NCBI RefSeq assembly: GCF_009914755.1
Contig: NC_060934.1
From: the human T2T-CHM13v2.0 reference genome, Homo sapiens
Length of the DNA: 64,000 nt
Strand: one strand, 5' to 3'
The notes below the pieces were generated by a model, which was given only the letters and a program-made list of their open reading frames with translations, was not told the origin of the DNA and did no database searches. Positions 19,561 to 43,518 of this stretch are shown here, one piece after another. The first letter of the stretch is position 1. Each line of letters begins with the position of its first letter. Both the position numbers and the translations under genes were made by a program.

Positions 19561-19789
19561 ACATGCAATGTAACAGTGGTGAGACAGGGACAGACCACAG
19601 AAGACACTCCCATTAACAAACAGCAGGGAGACACGAAGGCAAATATGGCAGTCAATAATCCATACAGTAAGGTCACCTATTTCACCCTTCAATAGCATTA
19701 TAATTTTCTCAGTAAAAACATACATGAAAAAATAAATGAACCAGGATATTGGAGGATACCAGAATGGAATGCAGGCTGGGGCAAATGGA

Positions 19790-20475
19790 ATTGATCGTTT
19801 CTAGTCTCTGTGTTCTTTATTTCTGCTTTGATCTTTATTTTTTTTTCTTCTGGTAGATTTATGCTTAGTTCTGCTTTTACTACTTCTGTGAAGTGTAATT
19901 TTAGGTTGTTTATTTGATTCTTCTTTTATGATGTAGACATTTAATGCTATAAACTTTCCTCTTAGGACTACTTTTGCCGCATCCCATTAAGTTTTTGTAT
20001 GTTACGTTTTTATTTTCTTTTGTCTGTAGATATATTTAAATTTCCCTTTTTAATTTCCTTCTTGACACAGTAGTTCTTCAGGAGCATATTGTTTAATGTT
20101 TCAAAGATTTATTAAGTTTCTTTTTATTCTCCTGTTACTGATATCTAGTTGATATTTGATGTAATTTTGATCTTACATTGTTAAGACCTCTTTTGTGGCC
20201 TAACATATGATCTGTTCTGGAGAATGTTCTTTGTGCACTTGAGAAGAATGTGTATCCTGTTACTGTTGGATAGAACATTGTGTAATTGTCTGATAAATAT
20301 GCTTTATCTTATGTGTAGTTCAATTCCAGTGTTTATTTATTTTCTATCTGGATGACCTGTCTCTTGTTCAATAATAGGGGATATTGAAATTTTGTTGCAG
20401 TCTATGTATCCTTTCAGTTTTTTTAAATGTTTGCTTTATATATTTAGATGCTTTGATGTTGTGTGCATATATACT
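19790..20475 (-). mobile_element. Old L1M ORF2 fragment
   Basis: ttttgtggcctaacatatgatctgttctggagaatgttctttgtgcacttgagaagaatgtgtatcctg is antisense L1 EN sequence. Confidence 0.85.
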
Positions 20476-20522
20476 GTGTGAGTATTAAAAATAATTACAA
20501 ATGTCATCTATTGTATGGCTAA

Positions 20523-20678
<156 letters not shown>

Positions 20679-21221
20679 TAATATTTTTAGTGTACAGTGT
20701 GATTTTTAAAATAAAGCTATAACTAAATGTAAATAACCAAGTTGTAATAGCTTTAGTCATATAACAGTTTGGCAAAATATAAATGAAAGTAAATTGTGAG
20801 TTAAGTGCACCTAACATTTGTTCATTCTTAGCAATGAGTAGTTGTCCCTGGCATTTCTCTTCCTCTTCTCCATTATGACTAAATTGGAGCTCCATTTCTG
20901 TTCTCCACCTTCTTGTCTTGTTGACTACTGCAGATTTTGTGGATGACTGAGATAAACTCATTTTATAACCTCTTTCTTATATTTATGTATCCGTCTTTTA
21001 TGCAACCCCAGGGAGAGCATACAATAGAAAGACAACATAAGGATAGGTGAGAAGAAAAATAAATCATATGTTTAGTTTTTCCCTTCCCTTCATTATCATC
21101 TACCTAGGCTTTTAACTCCATTAATATCTAAGAACTAAGATTCGATTCTTATCTGTCACTCCAGAGGCATCATTATATAATTATCACCCTGGTACATTTT
21201 CTACAGTTAATTGAGTTTGAA

Positions 21222-21338
21222 TTTTTTTTATTTTTTTATAAACGGAGTCTTGCTCTGTCGCCCAGGCTGGAGTGCAGTGGCATGATCTTGGCTCACTGCA
21301 ACCTCCACCTTCTGGGTTCTCCTGCCTTAGCCTCCTGA
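21222..21338 (-). mobile_element. Short 5'-truncated Alu
   Basis: Poly-T then cggagtcttgctctgtcgcccaggctggagtgcagtgg; flanked by the repeat gagtttgaa. Confidence 0.88.
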
Positions 21339-22609
21339 GAGTTTGAAACTTTTAAAAAATGTAAATCATTTTTCTTTGATTTATTCTGTGCTCTAAAATA
21401 AATATCCATGGCACTTTCTATCCATAAAGGTTCTAAGTAAAAAATCAATAGGAAATGCAGAAAGTTGACTATTACTTTTACTTATTTTTTTACTACATGC
21501 AATATAAAAGGAAAAAGAAAACAGTAAAAAGATATTTGGGCTTGCTTCTGGAAAAGCAAATGAATGTAAGCAAAGAAAGTGAAATCCATGTTCTTTCCCA
21601 GTGAGCTAGAAGAAAAAATGGTTAGAAATTATATATGACAAAAGAGGAAAGTTTAAAATAATAAGCAAAATCCTGGGCTTCAGTGGATACAAAATAAAGT
21701 TGACAAGATAGGCTAGGACTCAAAAGGAGGGTTTTGTTGGTTGGAACTCCTAGCTTTTTATAGCTTCTCAAGCTGGGTTAGTCATTGTTCATTATATTTT
21801 AGATAAATGTAATTGATTTGGGGTTCACTTGTTACTTCATATCACCTACAACACTGCTTTTCATTAATGTAGCTCCTGGTTTTTCCTATAATTTGGGTTT
21901 TTTTTTCTAAGCCCAAGACTTTTATTTGAAGAATATACTAATTATAAGCAGTAATAATAATGCTTAAAGAAAACAAAGAGGAGAATAAAATTAATAAATG
22001 GTCTAAATAGTCTAATATCTATACTCTTGCTTTATGATTACAGAGGAATAATAATGGTCTTCTCTTATGGATTGAATGAAAACTATAATAGCATAAAATA
22101 TTTTAAAATTTTTCACGAAAGCATTTGGCCTTTGAATCTAAAAATAATGGCAGATATACATTTTTCAAGCAAACACTTGCCTTAAGGAATGGAAGAATTG
22201 AATGTTTCATTTCTGTGCAAAAAATATACTGAGGAAAGTCAACATATTAATGTAAAATTTTACTAACTTTGAGAAAGTACCATTCAAATGTTTCACCTTC
22301 TGCTTTTAATGTCAGCATTTTTCCTCCAAATAAGCAGGTGTTGAAACTAGTTTTAATTATATAGTTTTGTTTTTAGCAGTGTTCAAAATATGTATCTTTA
22401 CAATTGCATTTCTAGTATCTCCTCCTTAATTATAGCACTAGATTTCTCATTGTGGGACTATAAACTTCTTTTTAAATAAAATGATACAATGTTTTATATA
22501 GAGATGAAAACTTTATCTAAAAATTTGCATTTTAATTATTCACATTTTTTACTGTCCTGCAAAAAGGCTCATTCTCTGACATTTTTATCTATGACCTTTC
22601 TAGTCTTCA

Positions 22610-22900
22610 TTTGTTTTCATATTTTTTACTTTTATTTCAGATTCATGGGGTATATATGCAGGTTTGTTACATGGGTATACTGCATGACATTGAGGTTTGG
22701 GATATGACTGGTCCCATCACCCAGGCAGTGAGCACAGTGCCCAATAGGCAGTTTTTCAGCCCATGACCCTCTCTCTCTCCTCACTAGGGATCTCCACTTT
22801 ATTGTTCCCATATTTATGTCCATGCTTTCCCAAGGTTTAACTCCTTCTTGTAAGTAAGAACATGTGGTATTTGGTTTTCTGATCCTATGTTAATTTGCTT
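22610..22900 (-). mobile_element. L1PA16/L1PB-like 3' end
   Basis: gcaggtttgttacatgggtat...cccatcacccaggcagtgagcacagtgcccaataggcag...aagtaagaacatgtggtatttggttttctg. Confidence 0.8.
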
Positions 22901-23109
22901 TAGTCTTTCTTTTTCTTGATTTGTACTCTTATAATGCACTCTTATAAATATCAAATACCAGGCAAGAAAAAAATCAGAGAGAAAATATTTGTGTCAGGTA
23001 AGCTGCTTTATCTAAATTACTGAAAAAAAGTTGTAAGGAAACTGTGTTTTAGAATACTAAGATTTATTTTAACATTTTAAAAGTTGAAATTACTTAATTT
23101 ACCACATAA

Positions 23110-23394
<285 letters not shown>

Positions 23395-23809
23395 TAAACA
23401 GTGGTTTGTGGTTCTGAATAACCACAGGCTTATATGCTTATATCCTCCTCACTTTTGACCCAGGTAAATTGATAGAAATTTCTTTCATCTGTCACATTTT
23501 TAAGCTACTGCATGATATTCTATGATGTGAATGCATCCTAATTTATTCAACGATTCCTCTACAGAATAACATTTTATCATCGTTTTTTGCCACTACAAGC
23601 AATGGTGCAATAAATACCATTGTTCATATATATTTATGTCACAGTGATTGCATTTCTATAAAAAAGAACATGTAAGTGAGGTTGGTGCATTAAAGGTATA
23701 TATCATTTTAATTTTAATAGATATTAGCAAACGTTTCAAATTACTATGGCTAATAGCTCTGCTAGTAAATGCATGAAATGCCTATTTCCAAGCACCTAAG
23801 CCAGAACTA

Positions 23810-25134
23810 GACTTTTCATGCATTGGAAATATTAAGAATATTAAATAATATTGTTAAGATATCAGTACCACTCAAAGTGATCTAAGGATTCAGTGCAATC
23901 TCTATTGAAATCCCAAATACTTTTTTTACAGAAAAATGTAAGTTTTTTTTTTTTTAATTCATACAGAATCTTAAGGCAGCAGTCCTCAACCTTTTTGACA
24001 GCAGGGACCGGTTTCGTGGAAGACAATTTTTCCATGGAATGGTGGTGGGGGAATGATTTTAGGATGATTCAGGCGCATTACATTTATTGTGCACTATATT
24101 TCTATTATTATTACACTGTAATATATAATGAAATAATTATACAATTCACCATAATGTAGGATCAGTGGTAGCCCTAAGCTTGTTTTCCTGAAACTAGGTG
24201 GTCCCATCTGGGGGTGATGGGAGACAGTGATAGATTATCAGGCATTAGATTCTCATAAGGAGCACACAACCTAGATCCCTCTCATGCGCAGTTCACAATA
24301 GGGTTTGTGCTCCTATGAGAATCTAATGCTGCCACTGATCTGACAGGAGGCAGAGCTCAAGTGGTAATGCCAGCAATGAGGAACAGCTGTAAACACAGAT
24401 GAAGCTTCCCTTGCTCACCCACTGCTCACCTCCTGCTGTGTGGCCCAGTTCCTAATAGGCCACAGACCAGGAGTTGGAGACCCTGCCCCTATAAGGGACC
24501 CGATAGTCAAAATAATCTTGACAAAGAACAAAATTGAAAGACTTACACTTCATAATTTCGAAGCTTACTGCAAAACTACAATAACCAAAACAGTATGGTA
24601 CTGGCCTAAAGACAAACACATAGTCTGATGGAATAGGATAGAGAGCTGAGAAATAAACCCTCACATATATGGTCAAATGATTTTTTACAAGAGTGCTAAG
24701 ACTAATCGGTATGGAAAAAATAGTCTTTACAACATATGATGCTGAGAAAACTAGATATCCACATGCAAAATAATGACGTTGTGCCCTTTATCTTACACAT
24801 ACAAAAATTAACTCAAAGTAGACCGAAAACCTAAAACTAAGAGCTGTACTTTAAAACTCTTAGAAGAAAACACAGGAGAAAACCATATATTGGATTTGGC
24901 AATGACTTCTTGGATGATACCAAACACACTGTCCAAAAAAATAGACATGTTAGAATTTATCAAAATTAAAAACTTTCAGTCATCAATGGAAAATATCAAG
25001 AGTAAAAAGGCAAACCACAGAATGGGAGAAAATATTTTTAAATCACATATCTGATAAGGTATTAATAATCCAGAATATATAGAGACCTCCTACAACTCAA
25101 CCACAACAACAGAACTCAATTTTAAAATGGGCAT
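23810..25134 (+). mobile_element. L1M ORF2 3' fragment interrupted by MER1A
   Basis: Peptide remnants such as KTTITKTVWYW; L1 sequence continues across the MER1A. Confidence 0.8.
23977..24485. mobile_element. MER1A (hAT-Charlie non-autonomous DNA transposon)
   Basis: Termini cagcagtcctcaacc / ggagttggagaccctg and internal gggaccggtttcgtggaagacaatttttcc, ggcattagattctcataaggagc. Confidence 0.9.
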
Positions 25135-27453
25135 AGGCCAGCCTCCTAGAGAAACACTAATCTGATCTGATCACCCTACCCTCTGGACTGAACACGCACA
25201 GCACCCTGCCTCCCTGGATTGGGAAAGCCCTCTACAGCCTGAGTTGCTGAGGTGCCCCACCTCCCTAGGAGTGAAGCCAACATTGCACTGCTGCACACCC
25301 CCCAGGGCCAAAGCCACAGATGTGCCCCCATCATTCCTGGACCTTGCTGTCACTGCACCTGACCTCACAGAGCCTGCGCCACTGCTGTGTCCCATTACTC
25401 CAGGGCTTAGAGTTCTTGGTGCATGAATTGCCACTGTGTCCTATTGGTTCTGTAGCCTGAATTGCAATTGTACCCTGCTCATTGGGGCCTAAACCTCTGG
25501 AAAACCTCTTCCTTCCCAGAGCCATGCCATTGCTGCACCCTAACACCCAGGATGAGTCAGCAACATGCCTGATCCTGGGCCTGAGATACTGGGAAGTGCC
25601 TCAGAATCACAGTACTTGGCCTTGTGGGAGAGCTGCATCACCCATACCTAAAAGAATAAACCTGGACCTACACCACAGGTGTCCTGGCAGTTCAACAAGA
25701 CACTGAGCCCCAGACCCCAGCTCCACAGCCACTCTGAGCACCTGTTCCCTGTAACACAGCACTGCTTGGCTGCCTCTGGCCTGTGTCAGGCTCAACACCA
25801 AGAGAGATGCCCTCAGGTAAATCTACTACTATGGGGTAACTAGAACAGAAGGATCTTTAAAGTCCTTTACACTGAGAAATGGACTCCACTACTGTGCCTA
25901 CCCAGAATGAGAGCCACTGCACTTTGCCCAACTAATACCTGCAGACAATATCTGCAGGTGACAGTCTCCCCAAGGAAGCCACTATAAAAACAAAAATTAG
26001 CAAATAGAACTTAATTAAACTAAAGACCTTCAGCACTTTCCATCCAACAGCAGCAGAACATACATTTTTTTCTAGTGCATATGGAACATTCTTAAGGATA
26101 GACCATATATTAGGCCATAAAACAAGTCTTAACAAATTCAAGAAGATTAAGAATATACCTAATACTATTTCTGAAAACAATGGTATGAAATTAGAAATTA
26201 AAAACAAAAGGAATCTTGAAAATGTACAAATATGTAGAAGTTTTAAAACATGCTCCTGAACAACCAACCAGTAGGTGAAAGAAGAAATCAAAAGCAATAC
26301 TTAAAAATATATTGACAAATGACAATAGAATCACAACGTATCAAAATCTATGGGAAGCAGCAAAAGTAATTCTAAGAGGGAAGCTTATAGCAATAAATGA
26401 CCACATTATAAAAGAAGAAAGATTCCAAATAAATAGCCTAATGTTATGCCTCAAGGAGTTGGAAAAAGAAAAACAAGCCAAAGTTTGCAGAAGGAAAGAA
26501 ATAATAAAGATTAGACCAGAATTAAATCGAATAGAGAATAGAAAAACTATAGAAAAAAAAATCAATAAAACCAAGAGTTGCTTTTTTTGAAAAAAATAAA
26601 ATAAAATAGACAAAATCCTTGCTAGGCAAACTAAGAAAAGAAGAGAAAAACTCAAATAAAATCAGAAATGAAAATGAAGACATTATAGTAGATACCAAAG
26701 AAATTAAAAGGATCATAAGAGACTAGTATGAAAAACTATATGCCAACAAATTGGATAAAATAAAGGAAATGAATAAATTCCTCAAAAAATATAAGCTACC
26801 AAGATTGAATCAGGAAGAAATAGAAAGCTTAGACAAACCAATACCAAATAAAAAGGTTGAAGAAGTAATTAAAAGCGTTTCAACAAAAAAGGTCAGAACA
26901 TTTCGAGGTGGCTTCACAGCTTCACACCTTCACATTTGAATACTACGAAACATTCACAGAAGAATTATCAGTGCTTCTTAAACTCTTCCAAAAAAATCGC
27001 ACTAGAAGGAGTATTTTCAAACACGTTTTATGAGGCCAGCATCACCTCAAGACGTAAGCCAAAGAAAGACACCATAGGAGAAGAAAACTACAGAGCAATA
27101 TCTCTGATGAACATTGATGCAAAAATGCTCAATTAAACATTATCAAACTGAATTCAACAACAACAATTAAACATTATCAAACTTAATTGAAAACAACAAC
27201 AAAATTGAACATCATGAGCAAGTGGGATCTATTGCTGACATGTAGGGCTGGTTGATCATGGGTAAATTAGTCAATGTGATACTTCATATTCACAGCATAA
27301 TCTCAGATGATCCCCCATGATGGTCTCAGTTGACAAAGAAAAAGCGTTTGACAAAGTTCAGCATTCTTTCTTTATTGAAAGTTTTAATAGTATAGGTATA
27401 GAAGGAAAGTTCCTCAACATAACAGAGGCCATTTATGAAAAATCTACAGCTGA

Positions 27454-31305
<3,852 letters not shown>

Positions 31306-32094
31306 AAACCCACAGCTAACATCATAATCAACAGAGAACACCTTAAAACTTCTCCACTAAGATCAGCTACAAGGCAGGGATGTCCACTCTCACCAGTTCT
31401 ATTTGTTCAACACAGTACTAGAAGTACTATCAAGGACAATCAAACAAATTTGGATTGCAACCAAATCAGAAAGAAAAATACTCTGTTTGAAGACAACATG
31501 ATCTTATATATAGGAAACCCTAAAGACTACATTACTTAAGTGCTAACTTTGCAGGATACAAAATCAACATACAAAAATCAGATACATTTCTATAAACAAA
31601 TAATGACCTAACTGAAAAAGAAACTTTAAAAGAAATAATTTCATTTATGATAGCATAAAAAAGCTAAGCATTAATTTAACCAAGGAGGTGAAAGATTTGC
31701 ACACTGACAACTAGAAAACATTGATGGAAGAAATTGAAGAAGTCACAAATAAATGGCAAAATATTCAGTGTTCATGGATGGGAATAATTAACATTGTTAT
31801 GTTCATAGTACTCAAAGCAATAATACAGACTTAACAAAATACCAATCAAAATTCCAATGGTATTATTCACATAAATAGAAAACAATCCTAAAATTTGTAT
31901 GAAACCACAAAAAAAACCATGAATAGACAAAGCAGTTACAGATAAAAGGTAAAAACAATTGGAGGCATCACATGTCCTGATTTAAAATTATATTTCAAAG
32001 CTATAGTAATCAAACTCATATGGTAATGGCACAAAAACAGAAACACAGACCAATGGAACAGAGAAACCAGAAATCCAAATGTTTATGGTAGACT

Positions 32095-32331
32095 ATTTTT
32101 TTGTTGTTGAGACAGAGACCTACTTTGTCACTTGGGCTAGAATGCAGTGGCATGATCATAGCTCACTGTCACCTTTAACTCCTGGGTTCAAACAATCCTC
32201 CTGCCCCAGCCTTTCAAATTGCTAAGACTACAGGTGCACACCACCACATTCAGCTATTTTTTTAATTTTTTGTAGAGACAGGATCTTGCTACATTGCCAA
32301 GGCTGGTCTTGAACTCCCACCACACCAGGCC
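32095..32331 (-). mobile_element. AluJ with internal deletion
   Basis: gcagtggcatgatcatagctcactg and ttttttgtagagacaggatcttgctac are AluJ-type. Confidence 0.85.
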
Positions 32332-33659
32332 CAATGATCAATTAATTTTTGACAAGGACTCCAGGACTCCAGGTGTATGCAATGGGGAAAGAATAGTCTC
32401 TTCAATAAATGGTGCTGGGAAAACTGGATTTCTATATGCAAAAAATATAATTGAACTTTTATCTTACACCATACACAAAAATCAACTCAAAATGGATAGG
32501 AGACCTACATGTAAGACCTGAAACTATAAAACTCCTAGAAGAGAACATAGGAGAAAAGATCTTTGATGCTGACTTTGGCAGGGATTTTTTTGTATATTAT
32601 ACCAAAAGCTCAGGCTAAAAAACAAAATAAATAAATAAATAAATAAATAAGGCTGTGTCAAGAAAAAACCTCCCACACTGCAAAGAAAACAATTAACAAA
32701 ATGAAAAGGCAACCTACTGACTGGTAAAAAAAAAAAAAAAATTTGCAAACCGTATAACTGATAAGGGGCTAATATCCTAATTTTATAAGGAATACTTACA
32801 ACTCAACAGCACAAAAACAAATAACTTGATTTTAAAATGGGCAAAAAATCTAAACAGACGTTTCTCTGAAGAAGACACAAAAATGGCATCAGTAATCCTT
32901 AGGGAAATGCAAATCAAAACTACAATGAGATACCACTTCATAGTCATTAGGATGGCCATTATTAGAAGAAAAAAGGAGAGGGTTGGGGAGAGGAGAGAAA
33001 GAAAGAGAATAACAACTGTTGGTAAGGATGTGGAGAAATTCAAATCCTTTTTCAAAACCGTAAAAATTATAAAATATTTAGAAAGAAATATAACAAGAAG
33101 GGACAATGCCTTTTTCAAAAAAAATTGTAATTATAATTGTCGGCTACTTATAACAAGACCTGAAAAAAGTATTGAGACACAGCAATATCATTTACTATAT
33201 TAAAATATCAAATTCCAAAGTATATTTATATATATATACACACACATATATATTACATAATGCAATTAAAATCAGAAATTTTCAGAGCTAAATACATTTA
33301 TATTTAATAAATAAATTCTAAAGATTAAAGATGAAGTGTTCAAGAACTAAAATGAAAAGAAACTGAACTCCTGTTGTACAATATATACAAAACTCTGGAT
33401 TAAAGAGTTAAGGCCAAAAAATACAATTTAAATTAGAAGAATAATTAGGAAAATATGTTTAACCGTAATGATAGAAAGAAACATAGGAAATCCTGAAGCT
33501 TAAAACTTAAAAGAAAAACATGTCAGACTACTCATTCTTATAGATGTCAATGGGAAAAGAGGTAAAAAATGATATCAAAAGAGAAGTAAAGAAGGGAATG
33601 CACTTGCAGTAACGGCAGAGTAGTTCACATACAGCACGACTTCCACAGCTTTGTGTGTA

Positions 33660-36300
33660 ACCACCAAATAAACCTTGAATTCTATCTCAAATCATGCACA
33701 GAAATCAAGATGAATCATGTACCTAAATCTTAAATCCCAAAGTATAAAGCACCTTAAAGCACACATAGGAGAATAAGTTTGCGACCTTACTGATGGGAAA
33801 TAAATTAGTAACCATTAAAGTAAGCTCGATAATTAGACTTGATCAAAATTAAAAACTTCACACATAAAAAGACAGCATTAAGCAAACAAGCACGCTATGA
33901 ATGGAGAAAAAGTGTTTATAATACATATAGCTTATAATAGACTTCTCTGCAGAATATGTAAAGAACTTTTATGTTAATATTAAAATGACACTCAAAAATT
34001 GAGTATATTTTTTCTAAAAGCAGATACACAAAAAGAAGGTATACAAAGGACACACAAATGATGAAAATGCATGTAAACAGTATTCACCATTAGTCATCAG
34101 TGAATAGCAAGTTAAAGCCACAGTGAGGTACTCCTATTATACACACACACACACACACACACACGAGAATGGCTAAAGTTATAAAGTGACAATACCAAAT
34201 GTTGATGAGAATGTGCAGTAACTCTTATTGCTGGTAAGGGTGTAAAATGGTACAACTACTTTGAAAAATTGTTTAGCAGTTTTTTACTATAAGGAGTGTG
34301 TACTAATAGAACTTGATTAGAAAGGAGTATGAGGAAACGTTCTTAGAGTGATGGCAATGTTCTGTTACATAATCAAATTGTGGGTTACACAGCTGTAGGC
34401 ATTGTCAAAACTCACCTGTTATAATAACTAAGATTCATTCCTCCATGTAAATTCAACTCCCAGAATGAGAACTACAAATAAATATTGAGCTCTAGTCATA
34501 TGTTTGGTTTTCATCACTGTATGGCTTGGTGATCCTTTTTGTGCATTTTAAGTTCAAGCAAACAAGCAAACACATTAAGGGTAACAGCCACCATGTTTTC
34601 CCATTATTGGAAAAGGTAAGTTTAAATATGGAGAGAGGAATGAGTAGATTAACCCTGTAGTATATTGAATTAGAGTTGAAAATATCTGCATGAACCCACA
34701 GGTTTATACAAACACACACATCCTTTAGCTGTTCCTGCTCAGAGAACCTAAAAGCAATGACACATCGATAGGAATGAGCACACCTAGCACCCAAATCTAC
34801 ATTTCTAAATATTATTCTCCATTAAAATGAATCAGGGATTCTTTAAAAAGAGAATTATTCAATGGCTGACATAAATAGAAAATGCAAAATCATACAACTT
34901 CTAGATGACAAATCTAGGTGTCCTTGGGTGTGTCAATGACTGTTTAGATATGACACCAAAGGCACAATCATGAAAGAAATAATTGATAAGCTAGACTTCA
35001 TTAAAATGAAAAATGTCTGCTCTGTAAAAACATTAAAAGAGAATAAGCCACAGAGAAGATCTTTACAAAAGACATATCTGATAAAGAACTGTTATTCAAT
35101 ATATACAAAGTGTTCTTAAAACTTAATTATTTGAGAAAATGAACAAATCAATTTAAAAATAGTTGAGGGTACTCTGTTTTTTTAATGTGAACAATTTATT
35201 AAAAAAGACAAAACAGGCTGTGAAAATGTAGATAAAAGGAGATTAAAGAGATTAGCCATCGAAGTAATTAATAGTACCAATGGATTATAAATAGTTGAAC
35301 AAAATAAAATCTATGAGCTCTGCTCATATGAAATTAAAAGAAGGAAGAAAAGGAGGTGGTGGTGAGGAAAGGAGAGAAAAAGGGAGAAGGAAGCAGAGGG
35401 AGGAAAAAGGAAAAGCTATTTCTTTCAATAGAATGGCAGCTGATAAAGGTAAAAAGAATGATCATGTTAGAAAATTGCAATAGATTTTTAAAAAAATTAA
35501 TGGGTGAGTTTATGGGAACTAAGTATCTGCCCCAAATTACCTATTACTTATAAAAGTAAAAAAAGTACTTTACAGTAGAGAAACATAATAGACACCATTA
35601 CAATCTAATGATCAAAATTGCCATCACAATATTTTGAAAAAATATAACCCATTGAGAAGGACACAACATTACATCTGGGATACTCCTCCCGAAGATGTAT
35701 AACCTGAAAGTAACCATGAGAAAACTTCAGATAAAACCAAATTGAAAAATATTCTACAGACTGGTGTTAAAAATATGTAGGTCAAGACACAAAAAGAAAT
35801 ATAAATTAACTATTCCAGATTAAGAGAGACTAAAAAAACCCACAAATTTAGTGCATGGTCCTAGATTCAATCTTAGTCCAAAAAAATCTATAAAGGACAT
35901 TATTATGACAAATGCAACTTGAATATGGGTTATGAATTAGATGATAAGTTGAGTCAATGTTAAATTTCCTATTTTTGGTAATTGTGTTGTGATGATATAT
36001 TATCATTTCTTAAGAAATACTAAAGTTTTACGGGTAAAGAGACATTATGTTTCCAAGTTACCCCTCTATAGTTCAGAAAAAATAATAGTTTATGTATTAA
36101 ATATTTATCATGTTTATAAATATATGTACATAATGTTTATAACACATACATCTACATATGAACATAGAGAACATTATAAAGCAAAAAGGACAGAATAAAA
36201 CTGAATAAATTCTAGAAGGGATTGGAATCCCTTCTAGAATTCTTTCAGTTTCTCTGTAAACTTGAATTGATAGAAAAATCAAAAGATTTTTAAAACCCTA
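33660..36300 (+). mobile_element. Patchwork of ancient L1MC/L1ME fragments
   Basis: Recognisable L1M ORF2-end and 3' UTR motifs (gctggtaagggtgtaaaatggtacaactactttg; aatgagcacacctagcacccaaatc; gtcaatgttaaatttcct). Confidence 0.6.
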
Positions 36301-36479
36301 TTATACAAAAAGCTTCTATGAAACAAAAAAGGCAACTAACGGGAAAATGGGCAAAGAATATAAGTAGGCAATTCACAGAAGAAATTAAAATAGAAATAAT
36401 AGTAAGTCTATTGTTACTAAATAGAAATAATTCTCATTAAAGATAAAACTGTTTATATTGTTTATTTTTAAAATTATTT

Positions 36480-37095
36480 TAAAAATTTTAGTAAACATAC
36501 ATTACATAAAGTTTGCCATTTTAACCATTTTTAAGTGTACAGTTTAGTCGCATTAAATACATTCACACTGCTATGCAACTATCACTACCATCTACCTCCA
36601 GAACGTTTTTTATCTTGCAAAACTGAAACTCTCCCCATTAAACATTAATTCCTTATCTCCTACCCCCAGTTCCTGGCAACCATCATTCTACTTTTTGTCT
36701 CTATAAATTTAGCTACTATAAGTACCTTATGTGGGTGTAATCATACCTATTTATTTCTTTGTGGCTGGCTTATTTCACTTAGCATAATGTCTTCAAGATT
36801 CATCCATGTTGTAGTATGTGTTGGAATTTCCTTCCTTTATTTAACTGAATCATATTACATTGTATGTATATACCACATTTTGCTTAATTATTCATCCATC
36901 AGCTGACACTTGGGCTTCCTCTACCTTTTGGCTATTTTGACAAATGCTGCTATAAAAACGGGTGTACAAATATTTGTTCCTGTTCTACTCTTTTGGGTAT
37001 ATAAATGAAAGTGGAATTACTGGATCATGTGGTAATTCTATTGTTAATTTTTTGAGAACTCACCATACTGTTTACCACAGAGGCTGTGCCATTTT
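36480..37095 (-). mobile_element. L1MB-like 3' end
   Basis: ccattttaaccatttttaagtgtacagtt...ctggcttatttcacttagcataatgtcttcaagattcatccatgttgtag. Confidence 0.85.
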
Positions 37096-37309
37096 CCTCT
37101 GTATCTACTCATCTGTTTCTTTAGTTTTAGGGGCACTGGTTTGCTCTGTGACCTCAATTCTCATATGGATCTAAGTTTGGTCAGCTTTTTTCTTACTATG
37201 TGAATGGAAGAGATGACTTCCAAGCTTTTTATGTGCCAGACAAGAAGTTGTAGTGTAGTGTTTTCAAGATTCATCTATGTTTTAGCATTTATCAGCACAT
37301 TATTCTTTT

Positions 37310-42303
<4,994 letters not shown>

Positions 42304-43009
42304 TTATTCTTTTCTTTTAATGGAATAGTCTGTACCACATTTTGTTTATCCGCTCACCAGTTGGTGGACATTTGGATTGTTTTCACTTTTAGACTATTTT
42401 GAATGATGCTGCTATGAACATTCATGTGACATTCTTTTTGTGGATATATATTTTCATTTATCTTGGATATATACCTATTAGTGGAATTGCCGGGTTGTGT
42501 AGGAAATTTATGTTTAATTTTTAGGAAGCTGCCACACTACTTTTTAAAGTGGCTGTACCATTTTACCATCCCACCAGCACTGTGTGAATGTTCTCATTTA
42601 TCTATGTCCTTGCCATCATTTGTTATTGTCTGTCTGTCTTATGATAGTCATTGTAGCAGGTATGAATTATTGATATTTTAAAATGAGAAATAATGCATAT
42701 ATATATGGTTAAAATGCAAATGATATAGAAAAGTATACAATTAATAATTAAAATCACTTTTCCTTCACCAAATCCTGTCTCAAAAAGTAACTAGTCTCAA
42801 GCATTTTGTATAACATAAAGAGAAAACCTGTTTAGAGTAATATGCATCCTATGCTGAAAGTCATATATATATATTTTTATATGTACATATATAATTATAT
42901 TCAATTATAAAGATATATAAATATATTAACATAAATGTGTATATAATTTAATATAAAATGTATATTTATTATTATTTATTAAAAGAAATCACACATCTTT
43001 TCTGCAACT

Positions 43010-43479
43010 AAACTCTTTTTTTACTTCAATAGCTTTGTGGGGGTACAAGTGGTCTTTTGTCCCCTGGCTGAATTGTATGGTGGTGAAATCTAGGATTTTA
43101 GTGCACCCATCACCTGAGTTGTGTGCATTATACCCAATAGGTAGTTTTTCATCCCTCACCCACCTGTCATCCTCTCCCCTTCTGAGCCTCCAGTGTCCAT
43201 TATACCACTCTGTATGCCTTTGTGTGCACATAGCTTAGCTGCCACTTATAAGTGAGAACATGTGGTATTTGGTTTCCGATTCGAATTACTTCACTTAGAA
43301 TAATGGCCTCCAGTTCCATCCAAGTTGCTGCAAAAGACATTATTTCATTACTTTTTATGGCTGAGTAGTATTCCATGCATGTGTGTATGTATATATATAT
43401 ATACATACACACACACACATACACACATATGTATGTGCATATATAAATAAAACTTTTATATATATACACACACACCAAC

Positions 43480-43518
<39 letters not shown>

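Noticed and set aside
19435-19725. ORFs with CVCVCV or THTHTH runs (also 43200-43598)
   Set aside because: Translation of dinucleotide microsatellites.
25135-25990. GC-rich stretch with several ORFs as a possible promoter or gene
   Set aside because: CpG-poor and leads directly into L1 ORF2 remnants; best explained as an old L1 5' region.
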